Made by a program: the position numbers and the translations under genes. From IMG/VR virus record IMGVR_UViG_3300024358_000009, positions 124,001 through 188,000 of that record: a stretch of DNA of 64,000 nt, one strand, 5' to 3'. Of this stretch, positions 1-10,329 are shown piece by piece. The first letter of the stretch is position 1. Each line of letters opens with the position of its first letter. The notes below the pieces were generated by a model that did not search any database, was not told the origin of the DNA, and saw only the letters and a list, made by a program, of their open reading frames with translations.

Positions 1-859
1 CGTATGATGAATAAACAAAACAATAAGATTCATCTTCTGGATTAAATTTTTCTGGATCTACAAACTCAACTCTTTTTTCTAATCCAAATCTTTCTAACCA
101 AATTTTTGTGCCAATAAAATTTATTTTAGTTTTAATTGGAAAAGCTATAATTTTACAAGCCGATTGTGCCAAGACAATAAGTTCTGCTGGAGATGAACCT
201 ACATAAACAACTTTTTTTTGATCAGCTAATTGATAAAGTTTTAAATAATCATCGGCTATAAAAGATTGATCTATTCCGTCTGGAAGAATTAAAGGAAAAT
301 CAAGTTCATCAAAATCAATTTTTTTATTATCAAAAAGTAAATTTAACTTAGGCCAAAAACAAACTAGGCTATAATAACGCATAAAAGAATTTATGCTTTC
401 TGTTATACTATTTTTTACTTCAAAATTTTTATATAGATCTTTTATGTATCTAGATGAAAATAAAAATGGACCAAATGTATTTTTTTCTAAAAAATTTGTA
501 ATGTTATAGTCAGGGCTTCTAGATTGAAAAATTGGTCCTACATAAAGTTTTAAAATTGCTACATCTATTTGATATCTAATTAATGGTTTCCATGTAGACA
601 GATTATTATAAAAAAATTTAGAAAGTTTTTGTTTTCCGTCTAAAAATAAAAAATATTCATAAGAGTCTAAAGATGAAGCTTCATATAAGAAACTTTCAAA
701 CAAATCTCTTCTGTTTTTTCCATTTATATATACTACTTTTCCGCCAAAGTCAGTTTCTTCTAAATTGCTTTTGTTTCTTGCGTTGTCAAAAACTACCAAA
801 TTGCTAAATGGTTTTGTTCCAACTTTTATTTCTGATACTCTAGGACTGCATATTTCCAT
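1..859 (-). CDS. Hypothetical protein, partial (runs off the left edge)
   Basis: ATG at 859 preceded by a GGAGGA RBS; reads MEICSPRVSEIKVGTKPF... Absent from the ORF track, consistent with no stop codon inside the window. Confidence 0.65.
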   Translation of the reverse strand, partial: MEICSPRVSEIKVGTKPFSNLVVFDNARNKSNLEETDFGGKVVYINGKNRRDLFESFLYEASSLDSYEYFLFLDGKQKLSKFFYNNLSTWKPLIRYQIDVAILKLYVGPIFQSRSPDYNITNFLEKNTFGPFLFSSRYIKDLYKNFEVKNSITESINSFMRYYSLVCFWPKLNLLFDNKKIDFDELDFPLILPDGIDQSFIADDYLKLYQLADQKKVVYVGSSPAELIVLAQSACKIIAFPIKTKINFIGTKIWLERFGLEKRVEFVDPEKFNPEDESYCFVYSSY

Positions 860-906
860 AGTATATCCTCCTACTAATATATTATATAAAAAATCCATCA
901 ATGCAA

Positions 907-938
907 CAAAAAAGGGCAGAGCTTTCGCTCCACCCTTT
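907..938 (-). terminator. Intrinsic terminator after the major capsid gene
   Basis: Minus strand reads AAAAGGGTGGAGC-GAAA-GCTCTGCCC followed by a T run. Confidence 0.75.
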
Positions 939-963
939 ATTGATTTTTATATTGGAAGCTTTA

Positions 964-1953
964 TTAGAAAGCACCCAAAAGAACACGACGATTATCGAGA
1001 ACTGCAAAGCCATGTTCGCCGAAACCGTACATGCCCATTCTACGCTGACGATGGAAAGTAGGATCTTCAAAGATCTCAATTTCCTGACGAACAGGCATTA
1101 CAAAGCTGTCACGCTTCTCAAGGTCAAGACCAACAACCAACTCGCTCTTGCCAGACAAAGATCCAGACAAGGTAGAGGTATAGTACAGCTGGTATTCCTG
1201 ACCAACGCCAAGTTCATCGATCTCATGGAGATTTACGCCAAAGATCTGTGCCAAACCATTTTCTGGAGATACAAAGATCTCACGGCGGGTAAAGTCGTCA
1301 ACCTCATCAATATCCCAAGTGCGAATGTCTTCCATCGCCTCTGGAGATACATAAAGGTCAGTCAACTTACCACGATTAATCGAGGTGCTGTTACCACCAG
1401 CATTTCTACGCATTACGGTCTTCATCAAGGCAATAAGCCTCTTGCTGAAGTATCCAGAGGTAGCAACGCTGTCAGTTACAAGCAAGTTGCGACCCTTACC
1501 AGCAGCAATGATAACATGCCAGCCATCATTGTTATTCTTGCGGGTAAAAGAAGCTTCGAGAACTTGCATTGCACGACCTACGATATCCCAACGAGCATCA
1601 CGAAGATACTTGAGGGAGAAGTCGATGGAAGCACCAACTTCATAAGTCTGAACAGTCAAATAATCGCCTTCTACATGGCGTTCAGGAATACGACCCTGTG
1701 AAGGAATAGTATAAGCGATGAAATCCTTCTCAGAACCAGGAGCCAAGAAATCCAATGGGAATTCTACGGAAGTACCTGGTTGGAAAACAACCTGTTCAAA
1801 GATGTTTCCAAGAATATCGCCCTTCAAAACGCCCTGACGCAAAGGAAGAGTAAGAGCCTTTGCAAGTTCTTTCTGAGCAGCTACAGCAACTTCATAATTG
1901 TTGCTACCAGCCTGTTCAGCAAGTTTTACCATTTCTGGAGTTGGAGTCTTCAT
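964..1953 (-). CDS. Major capsid protein (HK97-like)
   Basis: 329 aa; last gene of the terminase-portal-protease-decoration-capsid order; capsid-like C-terminus (RMGMYGFGEHGFAVLDNRRV); strong terminator follows. Confidence 0.85.
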   Translation of the reverse strand: MKTPTPEMVKLAEQAGSNNYEVAVAAQKELAKALTLPLRQGVLKGDILGNIFEQVVFQPGTSVEFPLDFLAPGSEKDFIAYTIPSQGRIPERHVEGDYLTVQTYEVGASIDFSLKYLRDARWDIVGRAMQVLEASFTRKNNNDGWHVIIAAGKGRNLLVTDSVATSGYFSKRLIALMKTVMRRNAGGNSTSINRGKLTDLYVSPEAMEDIRTWDIDEVDDFTRREIFVSPENGLAQIFGVNLHEIDELGVGQEYQLYYTSTLSGSLSGKSELVVGLDLEKRDSFVMPVRQEIEIFEDPTFHRQRRMGMYGFGEHGFAVLDNRRVLLGAF

Positions 1954-1975
1954 AATTCTATTATCTCCTCTCTAA

Positions 1976-2437
1976 TTATACGATTGGAAGGTCAATGAAT
2001 ACTTTTGCATACCCATCTGCGTCAACTCCGCCGAGGAACTGACCGACCTTTGGAGTACCAGAGGTCTGGGTATCGGTAAGATTACCGTTAGAAGTAAGAT
2101 AAGCTGAGTCACCAGCTGCTGGTGAAACACCAGAAGCAATTTTATTGGTAACAACCCAACCTTTTGTGAGAAGAGGGAGCTTTTCACCAAGAAGCTGCTC
2201 ATCTTTGTGCCAATTTCTATGCTGACGAGTAATGTCAATAGAAACCATATCGGCCAAAGAAAGACCAGCTGGAACAAGGCCGGAAGGATTAGAAGCCCTA
2301 GTTACAGTAGCTACATCATCGTTCAACGCACCGGAACCGGAAACGCTGAAAACGAGTACTTCGCCCTTTTCGATAGCAATATTGCAGATATTGCTAATAT
2401 CAGTTACAACAATGTTACGATCTGGTTTAAGAGCCAT
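1976..2437 (-). CDS. Putative capsid decoration/cement protein
   Basis: 153 aa, Gly/Ser/Thr-rich; lies between the scaffold and capsid genes. Confidence 0.65.
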   Translation of the reverse strand: MALKPDRNIVVTDISNICNIAIEKGEVLVFSVSGSGALNDDVATVTRASNPSGLVPAGLSLADMVSIDITRQHRNWHKDEQLLGEKLPLLTKGWVVTNKIASGVSPAAGDSAYLTSNGNLTDTQTSGTPKVGQFLGGVDADGYAKVFIDLPIV

Positions 2438-2451
2438 GAGAGTTTTTCTCC

Positions 2452-3894
2452 TTATTCTTCGTTCTTGCCAAGGTTTTCAATTTCAACACCAAGATATGAA
2501 GCAATCTGAGAAGCTACAGTCTGAATTGGATCTACATTATTAAGAGCAGGAGCGTTTAAAGCTACCTCTTCCTTAACTTCTGCATTTTCCAAAACTTCTT
2601 CGGTAGCAACTACTTCTGCCTTGTCTTCTTCAGCCATAGCTGCTTTTGGACAGGAGCAAGTTTCTTCTTTCTCATTCATGTCTTCTTTAGGCATCATTTC
2701 TGCTGCCTTCTTCAACATCATGAGTTCTTCATTCATCTTCTTGGCAGCTGCTTCATACTCTGCCATTTTCTTAGAAAGATAATCACTCTGTTTGGCAACA
2801 ACGCCAGCAAATGACTCATCTTCAAGGTTGTTAGTAAGAGCGACAATCTCTTCTGCTTCGGTCTTGGACATGCCAAGCTTTTCTGCAACAAGAGAAATTC
2901 GATCACTCTTCTTCTTTTCATCTTTCATCTTCTGCAACTCTTCGGTAGCTTTAGCAAGCTCCTGCTGCATAAGATTGGCCTTGGCAACAGCTTCAGAAAG
3001 TTCAGATTCAAGTTTTACTGTATTTTCAACAGCTACTTCAACCTTCTTTTCCATCTCAGTTGCCTCAACCTTTTCGACAATCTGTTCAGACATTGAAATA
3101 TTCTCCTTAACTTCTGGAGTCTCAAGACTTTCATACCCCAAATCGATAGTTTTTGCTTCGGTTTGGAGTATCACGCTTTCGGGGTTAGCCGGTTTTCGCA
3201 CAAGTCCTTTTCCAGAAAATATAATATTTCGTAAAACACGACCTATCTTCTGGTTACCGTAAACACCAGTACCGCCATACGCCCTTAAATATTTAGTTAA
3301 GAATGAAGTGGCTTCATTTCTAGCTATAATTCTAGTTCTTGCTCCATCAGTAACCGCATAATCAAAATTGCTAAACAAAGCTTCCATGGAAACAAACCAG
3401 CCACCTTTCGGTATTTCATTAACTATATTTTGTATTTGTAATTTTTTTTCTGGATTTTCCCATTCTTTATAAATTACAGCAGAAGTAACAATGTTGTAAT
3501 CTTCAGGTGCAGATTCAGCATTAATCGGCAATCCATTTTCATCTGCTGGATAACAACCAGTAATATGACCAATGATAATATCTTGATTGTGTTCTAAATT
3601 AAACGGTTTGTCTTCTGGGGTATTTCTAGCAGTCCACATTTCTTGAGAATCAAAAACATCATCGTTTTTATTCCAGCCAGTACTAACCAAAATAGACTTT
3701 AAATAATATAAGTCTTCTTGGTTTTTGTTTTCTGCTTTTGCTATTTCAGCTACTGTTCTATTAGATTTGTTTTTAACAAACTCTTGTTCTTGTGCAGAAG
3801 ATACAGAAGCCACCATATCAAAAGCAATAGAATTACTTGCTTTAACAAGTTCAGAAACACCGTCTTCAATTTCTGTTTTATATGCTTCAATCAT
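2452..3894 (-). CDS. Prohead protease with C-terminal scaffold domain
   Basis: N-terminal motifs (GWNKNDDVF, PFNLEH, VSMEA, VRKPANPES), a long acidic coiled-coil C-terminus, and position upstream of the capsid gene. Confidence 0.75.
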   Translation of the reverse strand: MIEAYKTEIEDGVSELVKASNSIAFDMVASVSSAQEQEFVKNKSNRTVAEIAKAENKNQEDLYYLKSILVSTGWNKNDDVFDSQEMWTARNTPEDKPFNLEHNQDIIIGHITGCYPADENGLPINAESAPEDYNIVTSAVIYKEWENPEKKLQIQNIVNEIPKGGWFVSMEALFSNFDYAVTDGARTRIIARNEATSFLTKYLRAYGGTGVYGNQKIGRVLRNIIFSGKGLVRKPANPESVILQTEAKTIDLGYESLETPEVKENISMSEQIVEKVEATEMEKKVEVAVENTVKLESELSEAVAKANLMQQELAKATEELQKMKDEKKKSDRISLVAEKLGMSKTEAEEIVALTNNLEDESFAGVVAKQSDYLSKKMAEYEAAAKKMNEELMMLKKAAEMMPKEDMNEKEETCSCPKAAMAEEDKAEVVATEEVLENAEVKEEVALNAPALNNVDPIQTVASQIASYLGVEIENLGKNEE

Positions 3895-4646
3895 GGTTCA
3901 CCTCTTTTAAAAATTACACCAAACCAATTAAGTATTCTTTTATACCAAGGTATATAACCATTTATATATAAATATGTTGTGTCATTACAGTACTGAGGTT
4001 TGTCTTCAAATTCCGGTAAATACTCAGTTGTATTTTTACTTTCAAATAAAATATTATCTGAATATTTATTAACTTTTATTTTATTTTTTATATCATAACT
4101 TAATGACTTTGGCCAAGCAGATTCTAATACATCTCTATGATTATTGCTTAATACTGGTGGCCAAGAGTGTTTATTATTTGTTATTGCAAAAACAGCTGTT
4201 TTCCAAGCTTCTAAATAGTCATTATTCCATTTAAATACAGATGCTAAAAAACCATCATTAATTTGTTTTTCAAAAATTTTATAAGCAACTGGACTAACCC
4301 TTGTATCTGTAGCATGAACAATGATAAAGCAACTATCTCCGTGTTCTTGAAAAATAATAGGAAAAGCTTTTCTAAAATTTATACTCTCATAAAAACTGGT
4401 ATTTCCTACTTTGTCCAAAGTTTCTCTGTAAATAATATCATGAATCAATTTCCTTTTTTTTAAATCGTCTAAAATCCATTTTTTAGAAATTTCTGGATCA
4501 GCCCACAAAATATAAATAATGGGGCTGTGTTTAAAGAAAATTCTACATCTATAGATATGCTGAACATTATCTATTAGTTCGTGATATCTACGATGCAGAG
4601 TTATCAATATTATCGGTCTTTTGTAAGCCGATTGTGTGCATTGCAT
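3891..4646 (-). CDS. Hypothetical protein, possibly glycosyltransferase-like
   Basis: 251 aa AT-rich ORF between portal and protease; start uncertain because it overlaps the portal end. Confidence 0.5.
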   Translation of the reverse strand: MQCTQSAYKRPIILITLHRRYHELIDNVQHIYRCRIFFKHSPIIYILWADPEISKKWILDDLKKRKLIHDIIYRETLDKVGNTSFYESINFRKAFPIIFQEHGDSCFIIVHATDTRVSPVAYKIFEKQINDGFLASVFKWNNDYLEAWKTAVFAITNNKHSWPPVLSNNHRDVLESAWPKSLSYDIKNKIKVNKYSDNILFESKNTTEYLPEFEDKPQYCNDTTYLYINGYIPWYKRILNWFGVIFKRGEP

Positions 4647-6720
4647 ATACAGAAGCTTGTATCTTTCTTGTTACTTCTGATGTTGGTAAATTTCCAGTTT
4701 TTTCTAAGTATTTAGCCATGCAAGTCTTAAAGAAATCTTCTACTTCAAAAGGTATTTCTATTTTTTCTTTTAATGAATTATGAACAAAAGCTTTTGTTAC
4801 TTTTTGATCTGGTTCAACTCTGCAAAGCAAAGCAAACTTTATATGTTCAAATTCATTTATTTGAGCAACAGAAAGATCCCTAAGAGTTTTCTTGTTAACA
4901 CTTTTTAAATATGCGGGCTGTACAATTTCAGCTATAGTTTTTTGGGTTTGCTCTGCCCAATTAAGTCTATCTACAAAATCTGATGCCATGGCTGGTTTAA
5001 TAGTTCTTCTCTTCCTTGGTAGCGTATCTGTCTTTCCTTGAGGTCTGCCTTGTCCAGATTCGCCCTTTGGTTGCTCTTCTGTATTTTTAGTTGGACTTGT
5101 TTGTATAGATAAACTTGCATTTGGATCTTTTATTCCAAAATATTCTGGAGATAACATACCTAATTGAGCAAATAACTTTTCAACACTTTCTTTGTGCTGT
5201 GGACTATGGAATGGTGAAGCTTTAGGAGGAAGCATATCTTGTTTTCTATAATCTCGTTCTCTGCGTAATCTAACGCTTTCTATTTCTGGTATAAGATTAA
5301 ATCTTTCCTGAACAGCTTCTTCGCTAATAATATCTCTATCTGCAAGTTCTATTAACAATCTCTTTTCAGCAGCTTCGTCGGATAAAGTTTGATGATCAAA
5401 GACTATTTGGGCTGGTAATTTAAACCCCATAGCCATTTGAACAAGTTTAATTTCTCTTTCCCAAAATTCAGTTACAACATCTCTGCCGTACTGAAGTCTT
5501 TCAATTAAAGTTCTCAAACTAATGTAGTTATTTGAAAATCCAGAACCTACTGGCAATCCTGTTAATGAAGGAGGAATACCAAGTCCTGCATAAATAGAGT
5601 TTAAGATAGGTTTATATTTTTCTTCGCCTAAGAAATTTACTAAATCTGTTTTTGTTTCAACAACATCTATTTCTGGACCCCAAATAAGATCCATGCTGCC
5701 ACCACCAACATTGTTCATAAGCATATCAGCAAGTCTGCTTATAGCTTCCTCAGTTGGTAAAATACGATGTTCTAACGAACCCAACTTCCAAAGTCTAATG
5801 TGACTGATAGCACCGTCTAATGCTGCTAAATCAGCAAGCTTCATTTTTTCTAACATTTGCAAATCTTTTAGCAAAGCATATAACATCGGCTTTGCCCAAA
5901 CTTGCCAGTCATCTCTTTTATAATAGAGGGCAACCGTTTTATTAACATCTAGTGGCATTAAAAAACCGCCACGAACAGCATAATCATCCATTTGAGTTGG
6001 CAATGATTTTATAATTTCTTTTTCAATATCAGACTTGGGATTTTTTAACTTCCTTGAAAAATTTTCTGTAACCCTAATGCCAAAACGAAAAGCTCTTGGT
6101 CCAATAAATGGGGCAATTTCTTCGCCGTATACCTCAATAGAGGTTGGATTATAAATTGTATATTCCCAAGGTACTTCTGATTGTTTGGGTTTTTTAATAA
6201 AATTCTTTTTGGTTTCAGCTGCCATTCCTTTTTGAATAATATCTATTTCTTCTGGTTTTAAAATTGCTGTTGCTCTTTTAATAATTACATTTCCAGCACG
6301 ATAAAGTAAATTAAGTATTCTTTCTGTTCTTTCGTTACCACGAATTTTTTTAAACCACTCTTTATAAAACTTTTCAATCTTTGGGTTTGGATGTACTAAA
6401 TCTACTCCTTGACAAGCAAACTCACTCATCATATCTATGGTATTACGAACTATACCTATACGCTCATACGCTTGCATACAAGCAGTCATAATATCTTTGT
6501 CTTTTACTGGTATTTGTTCATTCGGTCTAAAAAAATCGTAATCCCTACGATCAAAACCTTCACGCACAGAAATATTTGGGGATTCAACATTTTTAAAACT
6601 GCTAGAAGCAACTGTCTTCTTTACGACATGACCTTGATTATTGCTTTTTGCTATAGCTTTTTCTTTAGATTCAAGGCTGTTTTCTTCCCAAGTAACAAAA
6701 AGATCTTTTTTTTCGCTCAT
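4588..6720 (-). CDS. Portal protein
   Basis: 710 aa directly downstream of the terminase; portal-like segments (IVRNTIDMMSEF, IYAGLGIPPSL) and a GRP-containing tail. Confidence 0.8.
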   Translation of the reverse strand: MSEKKDLFVTWEENSLESKEKAIAKSNNQGHVVKKTVASSSFKNVESPNISVREGFDRRDYDFFRPNEQIPVKDKDIMTACMQAYERIGIVRNTIDMMSEFACQGVDLVHPNPKIEKFYKEWFKKIRGNERTERILNLLYRAGNVIIKRATAILKPEEIDIIQKGMAAETKKNFIKKPKQSEVPWEYTIYNPTSIEVYGEEIAPFIGPRAFRFGIRVTENFSRKLKNPKSDIEKEIIKSLPTQMDDYAVRGGFLMPLDVNKTVALYYKRDDWQVWAKPMLYALLKDLQMLEKMKLADLAALDGAISHIRLWKLGSLEHRILPTEEAISRLADMLMNNVGGGSMDLIWGPEIDVVETKTDLVNFLGEEKYKPILNSIYAGLGIPPSLTGLPVGSGFSNNYISLRTLIERLQYGRDVVTEFWEREIKLVQMAMGFKLPAQIVFDHQTLSDEAAEKRLLIELADRDIISEEAVQERFNLIPEIESVRLRRERDYRKQDMLPPKASPFHSPQHKESVEKLFAQLGMLSPEYFGIKDPNASLSIQTSPTKNTEEQPKGESGQGRPQGKTDTLPRKRRTIKPAMASDFVDRLNWAEQTQKTIAEIVQPAYLKSVNKKTLRDLSVAQINEFEHIKFALLCRVEPDQKVTKAFVHNSLKEKIEIPFEVEDFFKTCMAKYLEKTGNLPTSEVTRKIQASVYAMHTIGLQKTDNIDNSAS

Positions 6721-6769
6721 GATAATCCTACTTATTAAATTGTAATTGGATCATAATTGAATTACACCA

Positions 6770-8896
6770 TTATTCTTCGCCGGTTCTCCTAACTGCTTCT
6801 CCATAATTTCCAACTTTTTTAATACCTTGGTTAAACCATTCTGGAGCTATATACATAGACTTGTTTCCTTTTCTGCCAGATAAAGTATTAGAAAATCCAC
6901 CCAAAGCTGTATATTCTTGTTGAGTTACAGTTCTTTGAATTTGTCTGGCCGTCATATTAGCCATTAGCAAAGATGAATATCTATCTTTTCTGGTTTTGCT
7001 TCCTCTAATTTGATCCTTAAAATCAGGAGTATCCCAGCGATCTCTACCACCACCAGTTAATGTATGCACTATACTGGCAAGTTCGTCTTTCAGTTCTTCT
7101 ATTTCCATAACACAATCTTCTAGTGTGTCATATAGTTGTATATCTTTTCCTGCTGAATTGTCATATACAATACGCCCTTTATCTCTGTCATCTTCAAACG
7201 CTAAACCTAAAGAAACGCTATCAAAGAAAGGAAATAAAAGTACTTTATCTTCCATATCTTTGCGAAGTCCATGATTGGCTTCTACAACCCACTTTCCATC
7301 AGCAAAATTAACCATATTAAGAATGTGTTTTCCGGGTTTATCGTCAGAGTCTTTTCTTTTCTTAATGTCTGGATCTATAGTTCTCCAAAAAGCCACTTCT
7401 CCTGATTGGAGCTTTGAGTCATCGTGTAAAGCTTCTTCTACAGATATACCACCACCCTGACTATCTATAGCTATCTCTCTACATGGAAATAACTTAGCTA
7501 AATCCCTTATTTTTCTTGCACAATAAGAGTAGAAGTTTTGTTCCTTTGTTATGCCTCGTTTTAATTTTTCTCTATGTGCTGCCCTATTCGTTGTCCAGCA
7601 ATAGACAATCCTTCTAGTATTTTGATGTAAAGCCAAAATAATAACGGAAAAGTTATCTCTTTCAGAAGCTGGATCTACAGCCATCACATGTTCTATTCCT
7701 GGCTCACCAACTAAAGAGGCAGAAAAATTAATATCTGACAATGGACCATCAGGTTTTCCTACAACGCATGACTCTATCAAACTACGCTTGAAAAATCCTT
7801 CTGAATCAGTTGCAAATGTCGCCCCATACTCAATCATGTAATTCGCTCTTGTACTTGTCGCTTTCGCTGATGATATCTGTTTTTGATCCATGAAACCAAT
7901 TGGTAGTAACTCTACTGGTATTCTTATAATTGAGTAGTCACGCCAGTTAAAACCAGCAGGTATTGGTCCTTGGAAAAACTCTTCGAGCTTTTTTGTATCT
8001 CCGCCACTATTGATGATTGTGCGATAAGAGTTCCAGTTCTTATAGAAATGATTAAATGAATAGTAAGCTGTTCCTGAGATTATGTTTTGGTTTGCTCTTA
8101 AAGTTCTACTTTCTTCTTTTTCATTTTCTTCACTCCATAATCCAAGTTGTTTCATTAACCTAATTCTTGCTTGATCTTTAACAGATTGAGCAGGAGAAGC
8201 AGCTACTGATGAGAAGCCCCTAACAACATTCTGGTAAATTTCTTCTTTAATAGATGCGAATTCGTCAGCGATTGTATAGTTTGCTCTTTGACCACGGATC
8301 TTATCGCCATTACCTAAAGGAAGTGCAAATCCAACACTATCGCCAACGATCATGTCAAAACGATCTACTGATCTGCTTGGTCCTTGTTCACGATTGTTTT
8401 TGCCACGACCAGTTCCACATAAATCTCTATAGATATGTCCATTTACCCAAAGATTTTCCATGTATTCAAAAATAACTTTGGCCTGTCTAAATGCAGCACC
8501 AACGATTGCAATTTTACAACCTTGTGTAAATAAAAGTCGTAACATTGCATATAAACCTAAGATAAAAGACTTTCCACTACCACGACCAGCAATAAGCATA
8601 GGGAAGGGGCGATTCCAAAGCTCTTTCAAAATCAAATGCTGGAACGGCATAATTTCAATATCGAATAATAATTTACATGTAAAAGGAAAATAATCTGGAT
8701 TACGCATGATTTTTAAAAGATGCACATGCGGATTCTCTTTGTCATAATGCGTCATCACATTGAAAGGATGAATAGTTCCGATTGGCAAATCTAAAAGAGA
8801 CTCTATGTGCGAAATGTCCGCTCCGGGCCGAATGCCCTGAATTTCTTTTTCAGAAAGCATCCAAGCTTTATCAAGAACTTTCTTTAGTTTGTCCAT
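6770..8896 (-). CDS. terL: Terminase large subunit
   Basis: Walker A (AGRGSGKS), Walker B (TIADEFA) and RNase H-like nuclease motif (AVDPASERD). Likely start is MDKLKK at 8896 rather than 8956. Confidence 0.9.
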   Translation of the reverse strand: MDKLKKVLDKAWMLSEKEIQGIRPGADISHIESLLDLPIGTIHPFNVMTHYDKENPHVHLLKIMRNPDYFPFTCKLLFDIEIMPFQHLILKELWNRPFPMLIAGRGSGKSFILGLYAMLRLLFTQGCKIAIVGAAFRQAKVIFEYMENLWVNGHIYRDLCGTGRGKNNREQGPSRSVDRFDMIVGDSVGFALPLGNGDKIRGQRANYTIADEFASIKEEIYQNVVRGFSSVAASPAQSVKDQARIRLMKQLGLWSEENEKEESRTLRANQNIISGTAYYSFNHFYKNWNSYRTIINSGGDTKKLEEFFQGPIPAGFNWRDYSIIRIPVELLPIGFMDQKQISSAKATSTRANYMIEYGATFATDSEGFFKRSLIESCVVGKPDGPLSDINFSASLVGEPGIEHVMAVDPASERDNFSVIILALHQNTRRIVYCWTTNRAAHREKLKRGITKEQNFYSYCARKIRDLAKLFPCREIAIDSQGGGISVEEALHDDSKLQSGEVAFWRTIDPDIKKRKDSDDKPGKHILNMVNFADGKWVVEANHGLRKDMEDKVLLFPFFDSVSLGLAFEDDRDKGRIVYDNSAGKDIQLYDTLEDCVMEIEELKDELASIVHTLTGGGRDRWDTPDFKDQIRGSKTRKDRYSSLLMANMTARQIQRTVTQQEYTALGGFSNTLSGRKGNKSMYIAPEWFNQGIKKVGNYGEAVRRTGEE

Positions 8897-9353
8897 AGTG
8901 CTCACATACTCTCTTGAATAAACTAGATGCAACTTCTTTTCCGTATTTTCCTGCAAGGATAATCTTGGTCTTATACTTTACTTCTATATCTAAAAGTGCT
9001 TTGACAATAAACTGCGGAGTTATTTTTATATACTTATACTTACTTGGCGGAATTTGTGTCGATTGTGGAAATTTGTAAATGTCTTCCATAGTAAATTCTA
9101 AAACTATAAATGGTAATTCAAATTCTTCAAGCCTTAATAACTCGTCGTGAAATCTTTGTTGCGTAATGTTGTTTGAAAACTCGCTAAGATCACCTTTGCG
9201 TTCTATGACAAATTTATTTTCAAAACCCTCTAATGAATAATCGCCGGTTTTTAGTGTAGCGATAGTCATTCCATCACAAGATGGACCTGGGTTAAACTCC
9301 CAACCAAGCTGTTCTCTAGTGTCTTTGATTACTTTATATTTTTTGCTGTTCAT
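8871..9353 (-). CDS. ERCC4/XPF-domain nuclease
   Basis: Motifs DTREQ, LKTGDYS and VIERK. Confidence 0.85.
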   Translation of the reverse strand: MNSKKYKVIKDTREQLGWEFNPGPSCDGMTIATLKTGDYSLEGFENKFVIERKGDLSEFSNNITQQRFHDELLRLEEFELPFIVLEFTMEDIYKFPQSTQIPPSKYKYIKITPQFIVKALLDIEVKYKTKIILAGKYGKEVASSLFKRVCEHYGQTKESS

Positions 9354-10329
9354 AAAGTTGATAGTCAGACATAACCATGTCTTTAACTAACTCTTCAAAG
9401 GTGAAGGTGGGTGTCCAACCAGTCACTTCCATGATCTTTGTAGGGTTTCCACGAAGGTGTTTTACTTCAGATGGTCTAAAAAGAGACTCATCTATATCAA
9501 CATATTGCTTGTAGTTGTCAATTCCTGCAACAAGGCAAGCTTCTTCTAGAAAATCTTGAACGGAATGGGTGTTACCAGTAGCTACTACATAGTCGTCTGG
9601 CTTGTCTTGATCAACAATTAGCTTCATCGCCCTAACATAATCCTTTGCATGACCCCAATCTCTTTTAGCTTTTAGATTTCCAAGACTTAATTTAGGTAAA
9701 TGAAGACCTCTTTCATAACAATACATGAACTTTGCTGCCCACAAACTGATTTTTCTGGTCACAAAGTTGTGTCCTCTGCGTGGACTCTCATGATTAAAGA
9801 GAATTCCGCAGCTTGCATGTATGTTATATGAGTTGCGATAGCAGTTTACGAAGTTGTGTGCTGCTACTTTTGCTACTGCATAAGGACTTTCTGGTACAAA
9901 TGGAGTAGTTTCGTCTTGAGTTCCGTCTTCTTCGACCATATTTCCAAATTGTTCGGACGAACTAGCCTGATAAAACTTCGCCCAAGGAGTAATTTCCTTG
10001 AAAGCTTGCAAAACATTGAAGCAACCTAGTGCAACTGAGTCAAAAGTTAGCTTTGGTTGGTCAAAAGATATGCGAACATGTGATTGTGCAGCTAAATTGA
10101 AGACATAGTCGGGCTTTTCAGCAGACAAAATGCTCTCAATCGAGTGATAATCGGTCACATCGCCATAAACTAGACTAAAATCGGACGAATTCATCGCATT
10201 TCTTATGCGAGAAATGTTTTCAAACGATGTTCTTCGTGTAACACCTACTGTTTTGATGTTATTTTCAAGCAAATGCTCGGCTAAATACGATCCATCTTGT
10301 CCTGTTACGCCAAAAATTACTGCTTTCAT
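9334..10329 (-). CDS. gmd: GDP-mannose 4,6-dehydratase
   Basis: Motifs GVTGQDGSYLAE, NLAAQSHV, YQASSSE, SPYAVAK, FNHESPRRG and RDWGHAKDYV. Confidence 0.97.
   Translation of the reverse strand: MKAVIFGVTGQDGSYLAEHLLENNIKTVGVTRRTSFENISRIRNAMNSSDFSLVYGDVTDYHSIESILSAEKPDYVFNLAAQSHVRISFDQPKLTFDSVALGCFNVLQAFKEITPWAKFYQASSSEQFGNMVEEDGTQDETTPFVPESPYAVAKVAAHNFVNCYRNSYNIHASCGILFNHESPRRGHNFVTRKISLWAAKFMYCYERGLHLPKLSLGNLKAKRDWGHAKDYVRAMKLIVDQDKPDDYVVATGNTHSVQDFLEEACLVAGIDNYKQYVDIDESLFRPSEVKHLRGNPTKIMEVTGWTPTFTFEELVKDMVMSDYQLYEQQKI

Noticed and set aside
901-1701. 266-aa + strand ORF
   Set aside because: Antisense shadow of the major capsid gene; no RBS or recognisable motifs.
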